Assembly (NCBI GenBank): GCA_034667685.1 | Contig: JAXDQU010000101.1 | Coordinates: 1-42,260, forward strand | DNA: 42,260 nucleotides | DNA from: Thermoplasmata archaeon | GTDB lineage: Archaea; Thermoplasmatota; SW-10-69-26; JACQPN01; JAJPHT01 | Direction of reading: 5' to 3' | Shown here: positions 36,063 to 42,260 of the stretch, piece after piece | Layout of the letters: each line of letters opens with the position of its first letter | How positions within the stretch are numbered: position 1 is the first letter of the stretch | Notes under the pieces: generated by a model | Databases searched by the model: none | Seen by the model: the letters and a program-made list of their open reading frames with translations, nothing else | What the model was told of the DNA's origin: nothing | Position numbers and translations under genes: made by a program

Positions 36063-36136
36063 TTCGTCATCCGTCCGGCCCCTCCGTGCGAGTTTGTAGC
36101 AAGGTTCTTGCATCAACAGCCCCGAGGCGTTCGCTC

Positions 36137-36349
36137 ATGGAGAAGGAGTCTCTCCGGCTGGACGCGGCCCGCGCGTACGTGCAGGGCGATTCGAGCGAGC
36201 CGGTGCTCCTGTCGGCCTTCCGGGGCGTGACGCTGGAGGACCGGACGCGCCTGATCAGCTCGCACCGCCGCGAGCTGGAGGCGATTGACGCGCCGCGCCT
36301 GACCATCCTGGAGTCGATGCTGCTGCCGTTCGAGCAGCGGGCGCGCTGA
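36137..36349 (+). CDS. Small hypothetical protein
   Basis: 70-aa ORF with plausible codon use; overlaps the tail of the convergent gene by about 95 nt. Confidence 0.45.
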   Translation: MEKESLRLDAARAYVQGDSSEPVLLSAFRGVTLEDRTRLISSHRRELEAIDAPRLTILESMLLPFEQRAR

Positions 36350-36953
36350 CGCGCTCCACCATGCGCGCCGCGTCGACGCGCGTCACCACGTAGCGGCACG
36401 GTCCGCTTTTTCCCGCGCATTGCGCGTGCTCCACGCGCACGTCCATCGCCCACGCCGATTCCATGAGCCCGGCGAGGAAGCCGGCGACCTCGTCGCACGG
36501 GTGGGAGCGCGGCCGCTCGACCATCACCCGCAGGCCGCCAGGCAGCGGCTGCGCTTCGAGCACTTGGCCCAGCCGCGCGTCGTGGAGCGCGAGCAGCGCG
36601 GCGTCCTGCGTCTGCGGCGCCAGGGCGCGCCCCCGCATGCGGCCGCCTTCGCGCGTCTTGCGCGGCGGGCGGGCAGGCTTGCGCCGCCGGGCGCGGCGCG
36701 CGGCGGCCAGGCCGAGCGCGAGCATGCCCAGCGAGAGCGAAGCGAGCCCCAGGAGCGCGACCCAGTCGCCCGGCCCGGCGCCCGGAGGCGGCTTGGGCGA
36801 GGCGGCGACCTGCTGCGCGGGCGCGGCGGGCGCGGGATCGAGCGGCAGCTTGGAAGGAAGAAGGGGGATCTGCCGCGCCTGCTTGGCTTCGGCGCCCGCG
36901 GCGAGGGCGAGAAGGAGGACCGCGGCGAAGAGGATGCAAACGCTTCGCCGCAT
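36255..36953 (-). CDS. Membrane-anchored protein with cytoplasmic V4R-like domain
   Basis: Signal peptide, Pro linker, TM, RRARRRK, then PC...AGFLAG...V.VEH.QC.GK.GPC.YVV. Confidence 0.65.
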   Translation of the reverse strand: MRRSVCILFAAVLLLALAAGAEAKQARQIPLLPSKLPLDPAPAAPAQQVAASPKPPPGAGPGDWVALLGLASLSLGMLALGLAAARRARRRKPARPPRKTREGGRMRGRALAPQTQDAALLALHDARLGQVLEAQPLPGGLRVMVERPRSHPCDEVAGFLAGLMESAWAMDVRVEHAQCAGKSGPCRYVVTRVDAARMVERVSAPAARTAAASTPGWSGAARQSPPARGGAS

Positions 36954-37040
36954 GGAGCCATTCTCCTCTCTCCCGTCCCGAAGGGCGTTTGTGGAGCATC
37001 GCTCGAAGAGCCTATCCGCGCCGGGGCCGCTGGCCTTCGC

Positions 37041-37922
37041 GTGAACGTCGTCCTGCGCGTCGAGCCGGCGCGCGTCGAGGAGCTGCGGGCCTTCCTCCAC
37101 CGCGGCGGGTTCGCGCTGGAGAGCCGTCCGCACGCGCTCCTCTTCGCGCAGCGCCCCGGCGTGTCCCTGACGGCCTACGCATCGGGCAAGCTGCTGCTCA
37201 CGGGCGAGCAGGCGGAGGAGTACGCGGGCGTGCTGGCGGGCCAGGCGCTCGCCTCGCGCGAGGAGGACCCGCGCCCGACCTTGTCGGGCTTCGCGCCGCA
37301 CGCGGGGGCGGACGAGTCGGGAAAGGGCGACTACTTCGGGCCGCTCTGCGTCGCCGCCGTCTTCGTGCCCGACGCCGCCACGGCCGCCGCGCTCGTCGCC
37401 AAGGGCGTGCGCGACTCGAAGCTCGTGCCCGACGCGGAGGCCGCGCTGCTCGCGAGCCTCGTGCGCGCGCGCTGCCCGCACGCGATCGAGACGCTCCCGC
37501 CGCCCGCGTACAACGAGGTCTACGCGCGCTACGGGAACCTCAACACGCTGCTCGCCGCGATGCACGCCGCCGCGCTGGAGCAATTGCTATCGCAGGTCGG
37601 CGAGGCGGACGTGCTGGTGGACCAGTTCGCGCATCCCGGCGTGCTGGAGCGGCAGCTGCGCGAGCGCGGGCGGGCGGCGCGCGTGCGCCAGGCCGTGCGC
37701 GCGGAGGCCGACGTCGCCGTCGCGGCCGCCTCGCTCGTGGCGCGCGCCGAGTTCCTCGCGGGCCTGGCGCGCCTGGAGGTCGAGCACGGCGTCAAGCTCG
37801 CGAAGGGCGCCGGCCCGCCCGTGATCCGCGCGGCCAGGACGATCGCGGCGCGCGGAGGAAGGCCCGCGCTCGCGCAAGTGGCGAAGATGCACTTCGCGAC
37901 GACGCGGAGCGCGTTGCCATAG
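37041..37922 (+). CDS. rnhC: Ribonuclease HIII
   Basis: N-terminal TBP-like domain (LTAYASGKLL); GADESGKGDYFGPL, DSK, DQF, VAAAS..AR..F, K.HF. Confidence 0.9.
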   Translation: MNVVLRVEPARVEELRAFLHRGGFALESRPHALLFAQRPGVSLTAYASGKLLLTGEQAEEYAGVLAGQALASREEDPRPTLSGFAPHAGADESGKGDYFGPLCVAAVFVPDAATAAALVAKGVRDSKLVPDAEAALLASLVRARCPHAIETLPPPAYNEVYARYGNLNTLLAAMHAAALEQLLSQVGEADVLVDQFAHPGVLERQLRERGRAARVRQAVRAEADVAVAAASLVARAEFLAGLARLEVEHGVKLAKGAGPPVIRAARTIAARGGRPALAQVAKMHFATTRSALP

Positions 37923-38127
37923 TCGTCATTCGGCGCGCTGCGGCGCGTCGACCAGCGGGGGTTTCAGGGGCGCCGAAGCGGCTCCGCCGCAAGGCGCGGA
38001 CGAGCCCGCAGGCTCGTCCAGCGTAGCCCCCTGACGTCTTGTTTTTCATGAGAGAAGAACGGGACGTTGGGGGCTGCGCCCCCAAACCCCCCCGCTTGCC
38101 GACGCGCTGCGGCGCGTCGGAACGACT
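37921..38127. repeat. Multi-hairpin REP/MITE-like palindromic element between convergent genes
   Basis: Direct-repeated hairpin CG(G/A)CGCGC-TGCG-GCGCGTCG at both ends; AGCGGGGGTTT/AAACCCCCCCGCT stem; several internal hairpins. Confidence 0.7.
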
Positions 38128-38133
38128 TCCTTT

Positions 38134-38445
38134 CTAGACCTGCGGCGGGCTGGGCGGCGGCGTCGCGCGGCGGTTCTTGCGCCCTTCGAGGAGGTCGCCG
38201 ATCCAGACGCCCACGAGGAAGAGCACCAGGCTCACGATGAACGAGAGGAAGAGGCTCAGGAAGCCTGCGCCGCTGCCGCCCGTGAGCGGGTTGTTGCCGG
38301 TGACGTAGCCGATGATCGCGATGACGATGGCGAGGCCCAGCGCCCAGAGGGCGCCGATCTTGAACATGTGGCTCTTGTCCTGCTTGCCAGGCGAGAAGTA
38401 GCCGACCGCGATGCCGATGAGGATGGGTAGGAGGATGCCCCACAT
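38134..38445 (-). CDS. Small membrane protein (3 TM)
   Basis: Three hydrophobic segments; strong codon bias. Confidence 0.75.
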   Translation of the reverse strand: MWGILLPILIGIAVGYFSPGKQDKSHMFKIGALWALGLAIVIAIIGYVTGNNPLTGGSGAGFLSLFLSFIVSLVLFLVGVWIGDLLEGRKNRRATPPPSPPQV

Positions 38446-38510
38446 GGTGTTCGTCTCCGGGCGAGCCATCCAGCGCGCGAGATATCAGTCCGCTGGCGCA
38501 AACCCCGGAA

Positions 38511-41500
38511 TCACTCCAGGTACCTGACCGCTTCGGCCGGGGGCACCTTGCTCCCGCGGCGGGCCGGCGCGACGGTCGCGAGGAACACCGCGACGTAGAC
38601 GAGCAGGAGGATCTCGGCGAGGTCGAGCCACGGGATGCGGAACGTGACGCCCAGCGCGTCGAGGCCCGGCGTGCTCGCGACGACGCCGTAGCTCGTGAAG
38701 ATCCCGATGGCGCCGCCGACCAGGACGCCCAGCGTCGTGGTGAGGTAGATCTCGATGTAGAGCATCCGCAAGATGTCACGCGGGCCGTAGCCCACGGCGC
38801 GGAGCATCCCGATTTCCTGCCGGCGCTCCAGCACGCTGCGCGCGGTGACGATGCCGAGGCTCGCGACGCCCACCACGAGGCCGAAGCCGAGGAAGAGCTG
38901 GAAGAGGGTCAGGAACTGCTTGGTCTGCTGCGCCTGCTTCTGCGCGAGCGCCTGGATGCTCTGCGCGTCCATGCCGGCCTTCTCGAACGCGGCCTCCAGC
39001 TCGCGCGCCGCGACCGCGGGGTCCTCGCCGGGCTTGAGCTGGAAGAGGTAGTCGCCGCGCACGTTCGGAAAGTTAGCTGCGAGCACGTCGGGGTTGACGA
39101 AGACGCCGCCCAGGTAGAGCTGCTTCTGGAAGCCGATGATGCGGAACGCGACGGGGCCGCTGGGCGTCTCCATCGTGAGCGTGTCGCCGACCTTGTGCAG
39201 GCCCGGATTCCCCTGGTCGTCGACGTTGTACTGCACCGAGACGATGGCGAGCGTCGGGTCCTTGAGGACCGCCTCGTACGCCTCGCGGTCGGAATGATAG
39301 CGCGGGTCGAGCGACTCGAAGCCGTAGCGGTTGTTCTGCGCGAACGACGCGTCGTAGGTGTAGACGTAGTCCACCGGCGCGCCCTGGTAGCTGGGCGTCT
39401 GGCCGTTGATCTTCAGGAGCGAGCCGCCGTAGACCACGGCGTAGCGCAGCGCGTCGTAGCGCGCCACGCGCAGGAAGGGATCGGGCAGGCCCGGGCCCTT
39501 GTTGGCGAGCGCGTACGCATGCAGGTCCGTGGCGAGCGGGACGGTCGTGTCGCCCTCGACGTCGTAGCCGCCGCTCTGCGCCTTCAGGTCGATGGTGAAC
39601 GTGGCGCCGAAGATGCTGAATGCGACGACGACGAGCATGACGAGCGCGAACATCGTCACGGTGAGGCCGGTGCGCGTCTTCTTCTCCAGCGGGTACGCGA
39701 CGCCGGGCGCGACGGCGGGGACCCAGCGGCGCACGCGCATGAGCAGGCCACGCGCGAACGTGACGAGCTGCGGGATGTAGATCAGGATCAGGACGACGGC
39801 GAGGACGATGAAGAGGCCGCGGATCGGGCCCATCGCGGCGTTGAGAAGCCCCTTCGGGTTGCCGAAGGTGAAGATGCTCCACATGCAGTACGCCGCGACG
39901 GCCGCTCCCGCGAGAGGATAGGCGAGGCGCGGGCGCACGACGCGCGCGAGCAGGAAGCCGCTGCCCAGCAGCGCCATGCAGGGGCCGAGGATCTTGCCGG
40001 GGAAGTCGCCCACGATCCAGCCGTACGCGCCCCACGCTCCGCCGAGGACGAGCAGCGCCAGCGCCACGAGCAGCATCGCGCGGCCCGGCTTCTTCGCCGG
40101 CTCCTCGACGTGGCGGATCGCGCGCACGACGTTGAGCCGCGAGACGCGCCACGACGCGACGGCGACCGTGACGAAGGTGATGGCGAACCCGGCCGCACCT
40201 GATAGCAGGAGGCTCGATCCTTCGGCGTGGAACGGGATCGTGAACGAGGGCCCTTGCGTGGGGTCCGCGAGGATGCCGTTGAAGCCCCAGATGAGGCCGT
40301 ACGCGAGGCCGAGCCCGAGCAGCACGCCGATGGCCGTCGCGGCGAGCGCGTAGAGCACGCCCTCGAAGCCGAAGAGGTAGATCAGCTGCCGGCGCGAGAG
40401 TCCCACGGCGCGCGCCATGCCCAGTTCGCTCTTGCGCTCCTCGGCGAGCATGACGAAGATGTTGACGATGAGCATGACGCCCGCGATGACGGTGAACGAG
40501 CCGATGCTCGTCAGGAACTCCTTGAACAGCGTGCCCGCGCGGTCGGCCGCGTCGAGGAACTTCTGCTTGATGGGCACCGCGTTGACGTGGGCGAGCGCGC
40601 GCTCGTCGGGGTGCTGCGCCGCGCTCGCGTTGACGGCCTTGGGGAGCGCGCCCATCAGCGCCGCGGTCTTGTCGGGGCCCTTCACCGGATCGAGGTCGGC
40701 GCTTGCGAGCGCGAGGTTCGTCTTGCCCTCGACGCCGTAGAGCTTGCCCACCGCGTCGATGCGGGCGAAGGCGTTCTGCCCCAGGAGGAAGCCGCCGAAG
40801 CCCTCCTTCGTGACGACGGCCTTCACGGTGAAGTTGGCGGTCTCGCCCTGCGTCTCGAAGCCGCCGGTGAACGCGCCCGTGTCGAACCCGGCCGCCTCCG
40901 CCTGCTTGGCGAACTGCTGGATCGCGCTGAGGTTGTATTCCTCGTAGAACACGAGCGCCACGGCGCGGAAGGGCTGGTTCGCCGCGACCTTCGCGCCCAC
41001 CTGCAGCGTCCAGTTTCCGGGCGCGAGCTTGCCCGTCACGTTGAGCACGCTGGGGTCGTCGGGCGCCGCGGGCGTGCCGTTCGTGTTCGCGTACGTCGTC
41101 CCGTCGGGCGCCTTCACGAGCTGGTCGAGGTCCGCGCTCCCCTGCCACGCGACGAGCGTCGTCAGGCCCACCGCGCCGGGCTCGACGGGCACGGCGAACG
41201 TCGTCTGGTCCGTGGGCGGCGCCACGAACGCGCAAGCGGGAGTGCCGGGCAGGGGACACGCGCCGGCGCCCGCGGTCACGTTGCCCCCGAAGAGGTAGAG
41301 GCGCGGGATGCGCGGCACCGGCGCCGGCGCGTAGTGGAGCGAGACGGTGTCGCCCGCCTTCACGTCGAGCTTCTGCGCCACGTCGTCCCGGAGGATGATA
41401 TCAGTAGGACCGAGGCTCGCGGGGTCGAGCGTGCCGCCGCCCACGGGGTGCAAGGCGCCGAACGGCTTCTGCGTCGCCGGGTCGATCCCGATGAGCGCCA

Positions 41501-41912
41501 CGCGCGGCTCGCTCTGGTGCGTCCGCGGCGCGGAGAGCGCGGCCTCCTCGTAGAGAAGCGGCGTCAGCGCCTTCACGTCGCGCATCGCCGTCGCGTTCGC
41601 CCTGATATCATCGAGGAGCGCGGTGGAGTAGTGGAGGTTGCCGTCCGTCTGGAGGAAGACGTCGGCGGGCCCGAGCGCGTCGTAGGCGCCCTGCCGGATG
41701 CCGAAGGAGAGCGAGTCGCCCGCGGCCAGCGAGCCCGCGATGATCGCCGTGCCCACCATGAGGCCGCCCACGACCACGACCGACTGCCAGCGCCGGCGCA
41801 GCGCGTTGCGCGAGGCCATGCGCAGCAGCACGGGATGCCGGAGCGCCACGAGCCCCGCGACGAGGAGGATCGCCGCGACCACCACGAGCGGCCAGAGGAC
41901 GAGCGGGTCCAT
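38511..41912 (-). CDS. ABC transporter permease, duplicated FtsX/MacB-type
   Basis: MASRNALRR; two FtsX motifs, EERKSELGMARAVG and ERRQEIGMLRAVG. Confidence 0.92.
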   Translation of the reverse strand: MDPLVLWPLVVVAAILLVAGLVALRHPVLLRMASRNALRRRWQSVVVVGGLMVGTAIIAGSLAAGDSLSFGIRQGAYDALGPADVFLQTDGNLHYSTALLDDIRANATAMRDVKALTPLLYEEAALSAPRTHQSEPRVALIGIDPATQKPFGALHPVGGGTLDPASLGPTDIILRDDVAQKLDVKAGDTVSLHYAPAPVPRIPRLYLFGGNVTAGAGACPLPGTPACAFVAPPTDQTTFAVPVEPGAVGLTTLVAWQGSADLDQLVKAPDGTTYANTNGTPAAPDDPSVLNVTGKLAPGNWTLQVGAKVAANQPFRAVALVFYEEYNLSAIQQFAKQAEAAGFDTGAFTGGFETQGETANFTVKAVVTKEGFGGFLLGQNAFARIDAVGKLYGVEGKTNLALASADLDPVKGPDKTAALMGALPKAVNASAAQHPDERALAHVNAVPIKQKFLDAADRAGTLFKEFLTSIGSFTVIAGVMLIVNIFVMLAEERKSELGMARAVGLSRRQLIYLFGFEGVLYALAATAIGVLLGLGLAYGLIWGFNGILADPTQGPSFTIPFHAEGSSLLLSGAAGFAITFVTVAVASWRVSRLNVVRAIRHVEEPAKKPGRAMLLVALALLVLGGAWGAYGWIVGDFPGKILGPCMALLGSGFLLARVVRPRLAYPLAGAAVAAYCMWSIFTFGNPKGLLNAAMGPIRGLFIVLAVVLILIYIPQLVTFARGLLMRVRRWVPAVAPGVAYPLEKKTRTGLTVTMFALVMLVVVAFSIFGATFTIDLKAQSGGYDVEGDTTVPLATDLHAYALANKGPGLPDPFLRVARYDALRYAVVYGGSLLKINGQTPSYQGAPVDYVYTYDASFAQNNRYGFESLDPRYHSDREAYEAVLKDPTLAIVSVQYNVDDQGNPGLHKVGDTLTMETPSGPVAFRIIGFQKQLYLGGVFVNPDVLAANFPNVRGDYLFQLKPGEDPAVAARELEAAFEKAGMDAQSIQALAQKQAQQTKQFLTLFQLFLGFGLVVGVASLGIVTARSVLERRQEIGMLRAVGYGPRDILRMLYIEIYLTTTLGVLVGGAIGIFTSYGVVASTPGLDALGVTFRIPWLDLAEILLLVYVAVFLATVAPARRGSKVPPAEAVRYLE

Positions 41913-41915
41913 CGT

Positions 41916-42260
41916 CTACGCCTTCGACTCGCGCTCGATCTGCCCATTCTCCATGTGCACGATGCGATGGCAGGTCGCGGCGAGGTTGGGATCGTGCGTG
42001 ACGATGACGTACGTCTGGCCGCGCTCCTGGTTGAGGCGGTGCATGATCGCGAGGACCTCCTGGCCCGTCTTGGTGTCGAGGTTGCCCGTGGGCTCGTCGG
42101 CCCACACGATCGCCGGGTCGTTGACGAGCGAGCGCGCGATCGTGACGCGCTGCTGCTGGCCCCCCGAGAGCTCGGTGGGCTTGTGGTCCGCGCGCTCCTG
42201 GAGGCCGACGCTGGCGAGCGCATCGAGCGCGCGGCGCCGCGACTCCTTCGGATCGACGCC
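41916..42260 (-). CDS. ABC transporter ATP-binding protein (LolD/MacB-type), 5' part outside window
   Basis: [23 protein letters not shown]. Confidence 0.93.
   Translation of the reverse strand, partial: GVDPKESRRRALDALASVGLQERADHKPTELSGGQQQRVTIARSLVNDPAIVWADEPTGNLDTKTGQEVLAIMHRLNQERGQTYVIVTHDPNLAATCHRIVHMENGQIERESKA

Noticed and set aside
1-42260. tRNA, rRNA, integrase, transposase or prophage genes
   Set aside because: No recognisable signatures by eye; a covariance-model scan would be needed to exclude small RNAs fully.

Overview
About 42 kb of very GC-rich, gene-dense chromosome that looks archaeal: it has an archaeal-type HMG-CoA synthase/thiolase/DUF35 operon, a COG1709-like regulator, a histone-fold gene and TATA boxes about 26-30 nt before ATGs. 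A high-GC Thermoplasmatota-like lineage is my inference, not verified. Recognisable genes are ABC-2 and MFS transporters, an ATP-dependent DNA ligase with its MBL exonuclease, hutI/hutG/hutU, a six-gene surface-glycosylation operon, an LCM-type methyltransferase, RNase HIII and a MacB/FtsX-type ABC pair. No rRNA, tRNA, CRISPR or transposase was seen. Most notable: (1) a remodelled mevalonate-entry operon whose thiolase has Asp in place of the nucleophilic Cys, with an extra coupled ORF and a structured SD-sequestering insert; (2) a histone variant with a 10-aa L1 insertion and an altered tetramer interface; (3) intergenic hairpins whose arms are built from 6-, 7-, 8- or 9-nt tandem repeats, one nested inside another; (4) several small secreted Cys-rich proteins, one with an EF-hand-type loop and one with antifreeze-like repeats; (5) a probable AUA start codon; (6) a low-GC nucleotidyl-cyclase-like gene. 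All family assignments come from motif recognition by eye, not database searches.
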